This document shows positions 55,601 to 64,000 of a stretch of 64,000 nt of DNA, one piece after another. The notes below the pieces were generated by a model. That model was not told the origin of the DNA. It made no database searches and worked only from the letters and a program-made list of their open reading frames with translations. This stretch comes from Podarcis pityusensis (taxonomy: Eukaryota). How positions within the stretch are numbered: position 1 is the stretch's first letter; each line of letters opens with the position of its first letter. The DNA lies in assembly GCA_964106645.2 (NCBI GenBank), contig OZ067043.1, one strand, 5' to 3'. The translations under genes were made by a program, and so were the position numbers.

Positions 55601-58600
55601 GTGTTTCCTCTGTTAACTTTTAGGCATGGCCCATTCTCACAAGAATTTTCATTAAGTTAATTGTACCCGGTTCGCTTTCGTAACTCCTTGTCCAGTAAGA
55701 GCTGAAGTGTTTTAAACATATGCATACATTTATGCAGTTCAACAATCAGAATCTTCTGGAAAGTTCCATTAAGAGACATATCAGCTTACTTGCCTACTTA
55801 CTTGACTTGCATTTTATCTACTTTTATATTTATATTTATCAATGATATGGAAGATTCTGAGTTACATTAGTCATGATTCGCAGGAATCTTAATCCAGCTT
55901 TATGAATGTGGAACTCAACAGTATGATTTGTTAAGGTGCTGAACATCACCATGAGAATGGTGTCATGCTTTACTTTTGGTCATTTATTATGCTGCTCTTA
56001 CGCTGTCCAAGCATATTGTAGGATGGAAGTGATAGGAGGTGCAAAATTTTAATTTGCTAAAGTCTTTTTTAAAAAGTCAGGTATGGACCAATGAGATTCA
56101 AGTTCACAATTCTCGAGAAACTTAATCAACTTCCTCATGGCTTTCTCATATCTGATATTGTTTTCTGTCGAAATTGGAAGGAAGTGGGCAAAAACACAGA
56201 TCCGACCCTTAATTGCATCAACTACAAATGTACTACTTCCCTACCCTGACATGCAAGTTTACTGTTTTTGCCCATTGAAAATTGTGGTATTTCATAGAGT
56301 AAAATTGTTTACCACCACATGTGTGTTTACCTGAGATGTATGTTAGTTGCTCTTTCTGTTAAGTATTTTACCTAACTCTGAGGGGGGAATTGGTTGTCTC
56401 TGTGATCTAGTGAGAGGCCATTATCATGGTTTATGAGCTCATGGGGCAGGCTGATTCCTCATTGATTCAGAATCCATAGTCTGCTTTTCATTTGGCATGT
56501 CCATGACCACTATAAAATATAAAATGTTTTGGGTTTTTTTTTATAGCATGTATCTCAAGACCTTTCCACCCCTCTTTATTATTGTAGTTCACAAAAGTCT
56601 TCAGGCCATTCGGTTGCTGTGATGGGCATTGATTTCACTCTGAGGTATTTCTACAAGGTTCTAATGGACCTGCTGCCCGTTTGCAACCAGGATGAAGGGA
56701 ATAAAATAAGGTAACTGTGTGTTAGTTGCATATTTCACAATGTTTTACCTGTTTTAGAATTCTGTTCAATAAAGTCTCTCACTCAACACTTTTTTTAAAA
56801 AAACAACACATTGCATTGCAACCTAAATTCATTATCCTTGTCAAATCTGTTGAAACCTAGAAGCATAATCATGTTGAATGTGTGAAGCTCTTAACCGCTG
56901 AATTGCCAAAAAAAGTAACCATTTTAATCTGTAGTAGCAGGAAGATAGAATGCAGAGCACCATAGAGATTAACTGGTTAACAGTGACAAGTGCTTTCATA
57001 AACCACTAACTTCGTTATCTAATATATGACATTAAACTATCTTCAAACAGCTTAATATTGTTGACCTGCACCAAAGATGTTAACCCTTGTCTCCAAGTTT
57101 GGACAAAACAGGAAAAAAGACTAGTCAATTGGAGATTTCCTAGTTTGTTTGGCGGTTTCTTAAGTCAACATGTGATCACCCAAACACTCTCCTATTGTTT
57201 TTTGGCTGCTATCTTAGATTATCATAAGTTAAGTATCCAAACACCTGGGTCTCTCCATCAGAGAAAATGTGTTTGGACAATTGTATTTGCTTAATAAACT
57301 GAGATAGGAATGAGCCTTTTATGCTCTTACCCAGCTTCTTTGCTGCTCCCTTCATGTGAGCCAGCAAAAAAGGCAGGAAGACTTCAGTTAACTGCAGTTT
57401 CCTGTTTCATCCATACTGAGGAATTAAAACAAGATATTAAGCCAAATCATAGCTTAATATCCTGGCATGTTCTGAAGCTGTTAACCATGGTTTGTCTCTT
57501 TGGATGAAACAGAAGACTATAGCTAATAGAAGATTTCCTGAGTTGTTCATTCCCTTGCACAAAGGTGGGGCAAAAGGGTTGTGTGCACAACCAGGAGGCT
57601 CATTCATATCTTGACTTGTTCTCTACTCCTGCCTTCTGGTTTGCTCTCCAATCCTGATTACTTCTTGGTCTTGACTCTTGACGTTTTCTCCAACTCTACT
57701 CTGGTTGCCCATGGATTCTGATTACCTTTTGGTCCTGGCTACCAGCTATCAACACCTGGCTCTTAAATACCTTCAGAATGATCCCTCAAAAGTCTCAAAA
57801 AGCAGAGTTCTGTGGACAATGCTCTTGAAAATTTAAAACTGTACCATTATAATCAAAATGCCAGCGAAAAGTAGATTTTTTGTGACCTGTATGTTATGAA
57901 AGTTAAGCTCATTTTCATGTATTTGTTTATTTTGCTTGTGTTAGCTGTGGTGATGGGCGAGAAGCAGTGTAGGGCACTGAATTTCCAGTGGCTTCAGAAA
58001 CTTCGCTTCCCATTTAGCTGCATATATTCTGCGACAGATTTTCATGATTTTCAGACATGCAAGACTACAAAGTCTCTGCTTCAGTGAACAAACAGAAATG
58101 TGCAGAATGCATCTCGTACCAAAGTCTGTGATTTGTATTTGTCTCTACAGCTGTTTCTGCAAAATTGCTCTCAACATACAACGTGCTAAATGTACTTTTA
58201 TAGGTATTCTGATCTAGGTTTCGTTTTATTGTACCCTGTTGGGCAGGTGCTTTATTATGGAGGACAGAGGATATCTTGTGGCACACCCTACTCTTATTGA
58301 CCCCAAAGGCCATGCTCCAGTAGAACAACAACACATTACACACAAGGTTTGGCTAAGTCTTTGTACTTATCTCTATCGATCGATCTATCTATCTATCTAT
58401 CTATCATCTATCTATCTATCGTGTAAGAGATATAAATGTTAATTTAGCAGCTGCTGTTGCTTTGTAAAATTAAAAAAAAGTTAAAATCCTTACCTTTTAT
58501 TTGCAGGAACCTCTGGTGGCAAATGATATTCTAAACCATCCAAACTTTGTGAAGAAAAACCTTTGTAACAGTTTCAGTGACAGAACAGTCCAGAGGTTTT

Positions 58601-61600
58601 ATAAATTTAATACCAGCCTGACGGTATGTGTGGCGTGTGGGAGGGGAGATGTATGTGTGTTTTTGTTTGGCTGTTTGTTTTCTTGCAGCTGGATGCATGA
58701 AAAATAGTAAAATACCATGAGTGGAATTCAATACCACACTACTGTCATAGTTCCGTTGGCACAAGTGTTTCTTCATGTCCAAAGGAGCGATCTCCCCTAT
58801 CATCTCCCCATGTGCTGTTCTGTTCCAACCAATTTGGGGAGTCTGGGGGGGGGGGGGATTTGTAATTTTACAGTAGCTTCACATAAACTTGAAACACAAA
58901 ATAAACCAAAAACAGAACAGAGGAGGCTGGTCACTCAGGAACAGTACCTTTTTCTGTGCACCCCAAACTCCAAAGCTATCTCCCCTCCCGCACACACTCA
59001 TATTCATTAACTTCCTATAATTCCTGTCCATAAACTCCGCTAGCCAATCACAGTTGTGAACAGCCCAGTCAATCACAAGCATCACTGTGCCTAGCAGGTC
59101 CAACCATCATCCTTGTCCTCCTAGGTTGGCGGGGGCAGGGCGGGGTTGAACTTGAGGAGGAGGAGGAGTCTCTCAGCCTAACCTCCCTCACAGTGTTGAG
59201 TTCAGTTAGATTCACGGCTTAAGCGTCCACAGTAACTTTGCAAGGATGCATGTTGAGGAGAAAACTAGACCAAACTGGTCCAGCCTCCAGTGCCCCCCTA
59301 GGTCACCCCTCAAGGTCCAGCCACCACTGAACCCAGGTCTCAAAAAGAAACTGCATTATTTGGTTTTGCTTATAATAACCCTTTTTTAAATGATTAAAAT
59401 GAATGGTGGGTTCTGATAACTAGTTTGGTGCTGAGTGGATACTTTTAAATCCTTCATGATAACTGAGGAAATAGTATAAACTGAGTTCAGGGGGGGGGGG
59501 AAATCAACTTAGAGTCAAAATGAATACTCAGGAAACAAAAGATATTGATATTGTGGATTCTGTTTCCACCTCCTGTTTAACCTTTCTATAAGAAGTCAAG
59601 GAAGACACTCCAGGTGCTATATTGGTGAGTGAGGAAATCTTCAAGAAGTGTATCCCTTAACAACCCCTTTGTGGCATGTGAAGGGGGCTTTGTGTGTTGG
59701 TAGCACTTTTCCTGCGCCAGTAACAAGAACTACGCAACCCTAAGTAGAGGGGACCCTGTAGGTTTTCATTGCAGGGTGACTTTTTTATTTCAGAAACATT
59801 TGTGGTAGTAGTAACACTTCACCTCACCAGGAGACATGTTCCCTGCCATATGTCTGATGCGTTTTCCTCTCCTTTAGGGTGATCTGACAAATCTTGTGCA
59901 TGGCAGCCACTGTTCCAAATACAGGCTGACAAGGATACCTGGAACCAATGCCTTTGTTGGAATCGTAAATGAAACGTGTGACTCGCTTGCCTTCTGTGCA
60001 TGCAGTATGGTAGATAGGCTCTGTCTGAACTGTCACAGGTAAGAGAATTTTTTTTTTACATCCGCTATAGTGATTGGATTAAATTTATCCAAAGTGGAGG
60101 CCTTAGCTAATGTGCATTAAAAAAAAAAGTCATTCAATGAACCATGTGTGAATTGCAGAGGAGTATTTTAAATCTTGTTTATGTAAAAAGCTTTGCACAC
60201 TTCTTATTTTTGTGCACTGTAATATTTTAAGTGCCTCATGTCTGAGGCATCTGCTGAAACACAAGCAAAAGCATCCCTGGATACCTGGTTGCTGTGTCTC
60301 CCTCTTCCTTCCAGAGTAGCAGTGGCTGCTATTCCCTCTAACTATGTATATAAGAAATGATGGCACCTTTACTGTTGCACCTGCCCAGGCATCGAAAGCT
60401 GCAGCCTAGTCATATTGACTGTGGAGGTAGAATTCCCACCTGTTGCATCAAAGGAATAGAAATGCCATCTACTTAATCTTGCCCGCTGGGCAGGTAGCCA
60501 CTGGATTGCCACATCTGAGCTCTGCTTCCTGCTGGGAAAGGCTCAGAAACCAGGCTTTCCCCTTTACTGCTAAGAGCTGTTCGACAGTGGAATTTGCTGC
60601 CAAGGAGTGTGGTGGAGTCTCCTTCTTTGGAGGTCTTTAAGCAGAGGCTTGACAACCATATGTCAGGAGTGCTCTGATGGTGTTTCCTGCTTGGCAGGGG
60701 GTTGGACTCGATGGCCCTTGTGGTCTCTTCCAACTCTATGATTCTATGATTCTATGATTCTATTTGCACACTCCCGAGGAATTTGGGAGTATAGTCTCTG
60801 GGTCAGCACTGTGATCTTTTAGGAATGAGATTTGCATCTTAATATGAAGCAGAGTTTGGTTCTAACATCAGCATAACTTCCTTAGTGCCTATGAATTCTT
60901 ACCTGTCCCTGATACCTTCTGAGTATTCAGGCTCTATCATTAGTATTGTGTGTGAGAGAGAGTTTTGTAATAAAAGACACAAAACACACACACACACAAA
61001 AGGCACAGAACAAACCACATAGGTGATACACAGATAAGTAATAACAGTGTATAAGGCACCATTGCCTGTCATTGTGCCTCATGTGGAAGTACTGTTTTCC
61101 ACATGAAGCATAATTTTATAAATTTCCCTTATTTGTCTTTTTATAAAGAGGCTTTCTAAACTTTCTTTTTCTCTCTCTCACACACACATACATATAATAC
61201 CAGAACCTGGGTTATCTAATGATGGCGATTGGTGGAAGATTCAGGACAGAGAAAAGGAAGTAGTTTTTCATTCAGCACACAATAAAATTCTGGAATTTAC
61301 TACCGCAAAATGTAATTTAACAGCCACCAACTTGCACGGCTTTAAGAGGAAATTAGGCAAATTCATGGGGGATATCCTTATTAGTCAAGATAACGGAGTG
61401 CAGAATCAGAGGCAGCAGAGTTTAGGATACCAGCCCACGGGAAACAACAGCTGGAGAAGGGTTTTGGGCATCTGGTTGGCCACTGTGGGAAGCAGAATGC
61501 TGGTCTGGATAGCCCTTTGATCTGAGCCAGCAGGGCCCTTTGTCCTGCAGTTGCATTGGCAATATGCTCAGTACAAGACAGAGTGCACTGAAACTATGAG

Positions 61601-61953
61601 ATATTCTGCAGTACAGTGGTACCTCGGGTTAAGAACTTTATTCGTTCTGGAGGTCTGTTCTTAACCTGAAACTGTTCTTAACCTGAGGTACCACTTTAGC
61701 TAATGGGGCCTCCCGTTTCTGGAGCCTCCCACTGCTGCCGCACCACCGGCACATCCTGAAGCAAAGTTCTTAACTCGAGGTACTATTTCTGGGTGAGCGG
61801 AGCTTGTAACCTGAAGCGTCTGTAACCTGAAGTATCTGTAACCCGAGGTACCACTGTATATGACATCTTTGCCCAAGTGGACTTTCAGGGTTAAAGTGAA
61901 AGTGTGCATATGAAAGAGATTTGACCCAGGATAAGAGACTCGCAGACATCTTT

Positions 61954-62009
<56 letters not shown>

Positions 62010-62943
62010 TTAGAAATAAATGTGATTCTAATAAGCATTGTCTCGTTTGTTCTTTCTTTCCTTCCTGAAGAATGGAGCAGAACGAATGTGAATGTCCTTG
62101 TGAGTGCCCCCTAGAGGTTAATGAGTGTACTGGCAACCTTACCAACGCAGAAAGCAGGTAAGTTAGGAGTAGCACAATAATGATTCCCCCCCCCCCCCGG
62201 TAAAGTTCACCACACATATGCGTGCGTTATATTTGCTGATAGGTGCACAGCATGCTATAAGTTCTAAATCGGAGTACATTTTCTCATAACTCTTAGTAAC
62301 TGATTTCCCCCCCTGTGCTTTTCCCAAACTTTAGAAATCCTAGTTGTGAAGTCCATCAAGAACCTATGACATTTATTGCAGTTGATCCCAGTCTACAAGA
62401 TGCTCTTCCTCAATGTATTAATACACGGTGCAATCAAAGGATGGAGAGCAGGTGAAGTTCATGGGTTTTACATACACACACAAGCACGGGTGAATCTAAA
62501 ATAAAACACCTGTAGTGTGGTAACAGCAAATCATGATTTAATTTAATAGTGGGCCTTGTCACAAAACTGTCCTTGACTTAAAATCAGCGACACTGGGAAA
62601 TGAGGGGAGGTGGCCTTATACAAGCTTAGCATAACATGCTGCCACAACAAAATGGTCTTGCTTCACTTTTAAGGAAAATTACGCCTTAACTTTGGGGGGT
62701 GGGGGGTGGAGAACAGTTTCAGTAGTATGTTTTCTGAGATTTGGGACAGCAGAGTTCTAATAATCCTCATTGCCATTTCCTTGTCTTCCAGGGATTGCTT
62801 TGGTGTCTTGGACTGTGAGTGGTGCATGGTAGACAGCGATGGAAAGACCCATTTAGATAGATCCTACTGCGCTCCTCAGAAGGAATGCTTTGGTGGAATT
62901 GTGGGTGCCAAAAGCCCTTACGTGGATGACATGGGAGCCATTG
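13518..62943 (+). CDS. CACHD1: CACHD1 (VWFA and cache domain-containing protein 1), partial multi-exon gene; 20 coding exons visible (2801 nt), one missing in the N gap, 5' and 3' exons outside the window
   Basis: Joined exons translate from [20 protein letters not shown] to [19 protein letters not shown], colinear with vertebrate CACHD1 as I recall it. All junctions are AG/GT with matching phases except between 48775 and 51083. Confidence 0.97.
15235..15320 (-). mobile_element. CR1-type LINE 3' tail fragment
   Basis: cataaggacataagaagagcctgctagatc...tagtccagcat...gtggccaaccag, the reverse complement of the tail type seen at 61470-61535. Confidence 0.55.
15453..15712. mobile_element. Tc1/mariner (Tc2/pogo-like) MITE, 260 bp
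   Basis: TIR ctgtattttttgctctataagac / gtcttatagagcgaaaaatacgg, flanked by TA on both sides. Confidence 0.88.
17362..17557. other. Assembly gap (196 N), intronic
   Basis: Run of N; the flanking exons join in frame, so no coding exon is needed here. Confidence 0.99.
18599..18879. mobile_element. hAT (Charlie-like) non-autonomous DNA transposon, 281 bp, CpG-rich
   Basis: TIR caggggtcggcaa / ttgcctacccctg; perfect 8-bp TSD atcaaggc (18591-18598, 18880-18887). Confidence 0.92.
19130..19546 (-). mobile_element. L2-clade LINE 3' portion
   Basis: Minus strand [16 protein letters not shown]..., plus the 3' motif (reverse complement of gagagcattccac...gaaaaggccc). Confidence 0.75.
19645..19751 (+). 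CDS. CACHD1: CACHD1 coding exon (~exon 4), 107 nt
   Basis: tttag|GTTTGAT...AACTCTG|gtaagt; [35 protein letters not shown]. Confidence 0.96.
20677..20999. mobile_element. Tigger/pogo-like MITE, family A, copy 1, 323 bp
   Basis: TIR cagtggtgccccgcaagacgaa / tttgtcttgcgaggcaccactg; TA on both flanks; internal GCAAGACGAA repeats and a GCCGCTAA-type minisatellite. Confidence 0.92.
21078..21472. mobile_element. Rearranged CR1 fragments (minus-strand 3' piece, plus-strand RT piece and 3' tail)
   Basis: About 21313-21390 encodes [26 protein letters not shown]; tail ggattagatgac...ttccaactctacatttctatgat; inverted CR1 3' sequence at 21078-21245. Confidence 0.75.
22455..22503 (+). repeat. (AAAC)n microsatellite
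   Basis: Seen directly, about 12 units. Confidence 0.95.
24888..25059. mobile_element. Tc1/mariner-type MITE, 172 bp
   Basis: Imperfect TIR ccatattgacctgaatataagccacac / gtgcggcttatattcgggccaatacag; TA flanks. Confidence 0.8.
25085..25207. mobile_element. hAT (Tip100-like) MITE, 123 bp
   Basis: Perfect 13-bp TIR taaggttaccaga/tctggtaacctta; 8-bp TSD ccttaggg (25077-25084, 25208-25215). Confidence 0.92.
27968..28201. mobile_element. Tigger/pogo-like MITE, family B, copy 1, 234 bp
   Basis: TIR cagtggtagctcgggtta / taacccgaggtaccactg; TA flanks; repeated CTTCAGGTTA motif. Confidence 0.92.
29366..29492 (+). CDS. CACHD1: CACHD1 coding exon (~exon 5), 127 nt
   Basis: attag|TACTTGCT...CGCAGCAG|gtacgg; [41 protein letters not shown]. 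Confidence 0.96.
30112..30458. mobile_element. Tigger/pogo-like MITE, family A, copy 2, 347 bp
   Basis: Same TIRs and orientation as 20677-20999; TA flanks; internal minisatellite differs. Confidence 0.92.
32199..32325 (+). mobile_element. CORE/MIR-like SINE, internally deleted
   Basis: A-box-like tgatgtagtggttaga, B-box-like ccagggttc, core ctcagcctaacctacctcacagggttgttg. Confidence 0.7.
32456..32600 (+). CDS. CACHD1: CACHD1 coding exon (~exon 6), start of the VWA domain with variant MIDAS DHGAS, 145 nt
   Basis: ttcag|GCCTGTC...GATAAA|gtgagt; [48 protein letters not shown]. Confidence 0.96.
33479..33695 (+). CDS. CACHD1: CACHD1 coding exon (~exon 7), 217 nt
   Basis: ttaag|ATCTCT...CAAGCAA|gtaagt; [72 protein letters not shown]. 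Confidence 0.96.
34949..35148. mobile_element. Tigger/pogo-like MITE, family C, 200 bp
   Basis: TIR cagtggtacctctgg / ccggaggtaccactg; TA flanks. Confidence 0.88.
37073..37222 (+). CDS. CACHD1: CACHD1 coding exon (~exon 8), 150 nt
   Basis: ctcag|ATACAGAT...ATGAATG|gtaaga; [49 protein letters not shown]. Confidence 0.95.
37456..37689 (+). CDS. CACHD1: CACHD1 coding exon (~exon 9), 234 nt
   Basis: tgcag|AGGGAGTG...GGAGATG|gtgagt; [77 protein letters not shown]. Confidence 0.96.
40980..41100 (+). mobile_element. L2 3' end remnant
   Basis: ttctcccttgctgcc...gcctgga...tcaaatccctcctcaaagaccac...ttttcgtgaa matches the decayed L2 C-terminus (about FKSLLKTHLFRE). Confidence 0.5.
41522..41671 (+). 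CDS. CACHD1: CACHD1 coding exon (~exon 10), Cache domain, 150 nt
   Basis: aatag|GTCTGATA...AATAAAG|gtaact; [49 protein letters not shown]. Confidence 0.96.
41941..42064 (+). CDS. CACHD1: CACHD1 coding exon (~exon 11), 124 nt
   Basis: tttag|GCTATACC...ATCCTTAG|gtaaga; [40 protein letters not shown]. Confidence 0.96.
42659..42897. mobile_element. Tigger/pogo-like MITE, family D, 239 bp
   Basis: TIR cagtggaacctcagtt / aaccgaggttccactg; right flank TA, left flank CA (probably a mutated TA). Confidence 0.85.
44248..44365 (+). CDS. CACHD1: CACHD1 coding exon (~exon 12), 118 nt
   Basis: cttag|CCTCCCT...AAGATG|gtaagt; [39 protein letters not shown]. Confidence 0.96.
45831..45999 (+). CDS. CACHD1: CACHD1 coding exon (~exon 13), 169 nt
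   Basis: tttag|GTTCAAG...ACCTTAG|gtaaag; [56 protein letters not shown]. Confidence 0.96.
47586..47727 (-). mobile_element. CR1 LINE 3' fragment
   Basis: tagaattgtagaatagaagagttggaagggaccccaagggtcatttagtccaacccc. Confidence 0.8.
48633..48775 (+). CDS. CACHD1: CACHD1 coding exon (~exon 14), 143 nt
   Basis: tccag|AAAGCCCT...CTGAAA|gtacgt; [47 protein letters not shown]. Confidence 0.96.
49535..49746. other. Assembly gap (212 N), probably hiding CACHD1 exon ~15
   Basis: Run of N between an exon ending in phase 0 (48775) and one starting in phase 2 (51083). Confidence 0.95.
51083..51193 (+). CDS. CACHD1: CACHD1 coding exon (~exon 16), 111 nt
   Basis: cttag|GTACCTC...TCTTCAAG|gtagat; [36 protein letters not shown]. 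Confidence 0.95.
52061..52442. mobile_element. hAT-type non-autonomous element (host of a nested insertion)
   Basis: Imperfect TIR cataggagccaa / ttggcacccctg; perfect 8-bp TSD cttatgaa (52053-52060, 52443-52450). Confidence 0.85.
52166..52351. mobile_element. hAT-type MITE, 186 bp, nested in 52061-52442
   Basis: TIR catagctgtca / tgacagctatg; perfect 8-bp TSD gtatgtgt (52158-52165, 52352-52359). Confidence 0.92.
52545..52660 (+). mobile_element. CR1 reverse transcriptase fragment
   Basis: Encodes [20 protein letters not shown] (RT catalytic FADD motif), followed by VVKTKRDC after a small deletion. Confidence 0.75.
53575..54082 (+). mobile_element. CORE-type SINE split by an insertion containing a Penelope-like terminal fragment (about 53780-53870)
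   Basis: SINE 5' half at 53575-53670 and 3' half at about 53995-54082; between them gtggcaccttaaaaacccaac...ccacttcatcagatgcatgg. Confidence 0.55.
54622..54873. repeat. Long inverted repeat: 66-bp arms, 56/66 identity, 120-nt spacer
   Basis: 54622-54687 aligns without gaps to the reverse complement of 54808-54873 (hand count). Confidence 0.9.
56588..56710 (+). CDS. CACHD1: CACHD1 coding exon (~exon 17), 123 nt
   Basis: tgtag|TTCACAA...AAAATAAG|gtaact; [40 protein letters not shown]. Confidence 0.95.
58247..58346 (+). CDS. CACHD1: CACHD1 coding exon (~exon 18), 100 nt
   Basis: ggcag|GTGCTTT...CACAAG|gtttgg; [33 protein letters not shown]. Confidence 0.95.
58368..58420 (+). repeat. (TCTA)n microsatellite in a 160-nt intron
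   Basis: Seen directly. Confidence 0.9.
58507..58623 (+). CDS. CACHD1: CACHD1 coding exon (~exon 19), 117 nt
   Basis: tgcag|GAACCT...CTGACG|gtatgt; [39 protein letters not shown]. Confidence 0.96.
59878..60038 (+). CDS. CACHD1: CACHD1 coding exon (~exon 20), 161 nt
   Basis: tttag|GGTGAT...TGTCACAG|gtaaga; [53 protein letters not shown]. Confidence 0.96.
60570..60763 (+). mobile_element. CR1 LINE, 5'-truncated, intact 3' tail
   Basis: Ends gggttggactcgatggcccttgtggtctcttccaactctatg(attctatg)2attctat. Confidence 0.88.
61200..61535 (+). mobile_element. CR1-type LINE 3' fragment (second subfamily)
   Basis: agattcaggacagagaaaaggaagta...ggctttaagaggaaattaggcaaattcatgg...catctggttggccactgtg...cagaatgctgg. 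Confidence 0.7.
61614..61856. mobile_element. Tigger/pogo-like MITE, family B, copy 2, 243 bp, inverted relative to 27968-28201
   Basis: TIR cagtggtacctcgggtta / taacccgaggtaccactg; TA flanks; repeated TAACCTGAAG motif. Confidence 0.92.
61951..62011 (+). repeat. (TTTC)n microsatellite
   Basis: Seen directly, about 15 units, immediately followed by AG. Confidence 0.95.
62071..62157 (+). CDS. CACHD1: CACHD1 coding exon (~exon 21), 87 nt
   Basis: tgaag|AATGGAG...GAAAGCAG|gtaagt; [28 protein letters not shown]. Confidence 0.96.
62335..62451 (+). CDS. CACHD1: CACHD1 coding exon (~exon 22), 117 nt
   Basis: tttag|AAATCCT...GAGAGCAG|gtgaag; [38 protein letters not shown]. Confidence 0.95.
62792..62943 (+). 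CDS. CACHD1: CACHD1 coding exon (~exon 23), 152 nt
   Basis: tccag|GGATTGC...GCCATTG|gtaagg; [50 protein letters not shown]. Confidence 0.96.
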
Positions 62944-63439
62944 GTAAGGATGGTCATTGTGGACACACATCAATGTATTTAATGCATTCATATCTGGCGT
63001 AAAGTCAAACCTGGACAGATTGCACAAGTCACTTGGAACATCCTTGCGACAGAATATCTTGGGGCTTTCCCCTGCATTTTCAGCCATTGCAAACTGTAAG
63101 ATGAAGTGCCGTTGTCGGTGTGTTTGTTGATCACATTGCTCCCTGATACTCTGAGAAGCTGCGGTTGATGAAGCAGGCTGGGCAAGCACTGGGGTGCAAG
63201 TGGTGGAAATCTCTTTCCAAAGTGGACAAAGGATGTGTTTAGGACACATAATCGTGCCTGTCATGTGGCAGTGAAGGCAGGAAACAACCCATACTGTATC
63301 GCAAGCATTGCATCCTCAAGGTGTCCATTGGCAGAATTGTTTCATGTGGTCCAGAGACTCATAACCCCAGATTTAGGGAATGGATCCCTGGAGTGCATGG
63401 TGACTAGCTGTGAGCAGCTTGCCAGACACTTTGAGGACA

Positions 63440-63700
63440 ACGTTGTTGACAAAGCCCTGAACAATTGGGCCCAGGATACCCTGAAAAGCCACCTGAACCT
63501 TCATCCAAAGGAGAGCTGTTAGTGGCTTCCCATGTTACAGAGGCCCACTTAGCCTCAATGATAATTTGGACATTTAGTGTTGTCGTTCTCATACCGTGGA
63601 ACGCTCTTGAAGAAGAGATTTGGCAAGCATCCTCACTTTATATTTCCAGGCATCTTTTTTGTGCTGATGGGCCTTTGCACCTGATTTATTTTTGATTGAT
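63440..63700 (+). mobile_element. L2-clade LINE 3' remnant
   Basis: aaagccctgaacaattgggcccaggatacc (about KALNxLGPGYL) and gtggaacgctctt (WNAL) motifs. Confidence 0.55.
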
Positions 63701-63989
63701 CAGTCACCTGGATGAATATCTGTATTATTGTTTTACATATTTAAAATGATGCTTTATGTTTTATACTATACAATGCCTTGATACATCTTATCATATGGCA
63801 GTATAGAAATATTTTAAGAAAAAACAAACAAACTTGGACAGAGAATTTTGCATCCATTCGTACCAATCTTCCAGCATATGGCTCTTGTGTGTGTGTTACC
63901 TAGAATAGTCAACAGATTTGTATTCTTACAGTGTGTCCCTTTAAAGGCTGATACATTTTAATTTTGGGAGTTTCTCTGTGCAATCAGTA

Positions 63990-64000
63990 CAGTCGTACCT
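63990..64000. mobile_element. Probable start of another Tigger/pogo-like MITE, cut by the window edge
   Basis: ta|cagtcgtacct resembles the cagtggtacct termini of other copies. Confidence 0.45.

Noticed and set aside
63505-63560. Peptide ELLVASHVTEAHLASM resembling the missing exon (EVMATSHVTDEWMTQM)
   Set aside because: Similarity is limited to SHVT, it lies inside an L2 3' remnant, it is out of order and it has no splice signals.

Overview
Eukaryotic (vertebrate) genomic DNA. The repeat landscape (CR1, L2, Penelope, CORE/MIR-like SINEs, many hAT and Tc1/mariner MITEs) points to a squamate, probably a lizard; this is inference. The whole window lies inside one + strand gene, CACHD1 (VWA and Cache domain-containing protein 1, alpha2delta-like). 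I found 20 coding exons, about exons 3-14 and 16-23 in human numbering recalled from memory, at 13518-62943. All have canonical AG/GT boundaries and compatible splice phases except across one gap. The exon encoding FSVRNEVMATSHVTDEW...DPTRRQW is absent, and a 212-N assembly gap (49535-49746) sits where it should be. The 5' exons and the transmembrane/cytoplasmic exons are outside the window. The introns carry many non-autonomous DNA transposons with intact TIRs and TSDs (including one hAT element nested in another), LINE/SINE fragments, microsatellites, a 66-bp inverted repeat and a few candidate regulatory motifs. Almost all ORFs in the supplied track are spurious. I found no convincing new biological system. 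The best leads are the gap-hidden exon, the long intronic hairpin, a Meis+Pbx/Hox motif pair, a YY1/ETS island, a microsatellite-made cryptic acceptor and the MITE families.
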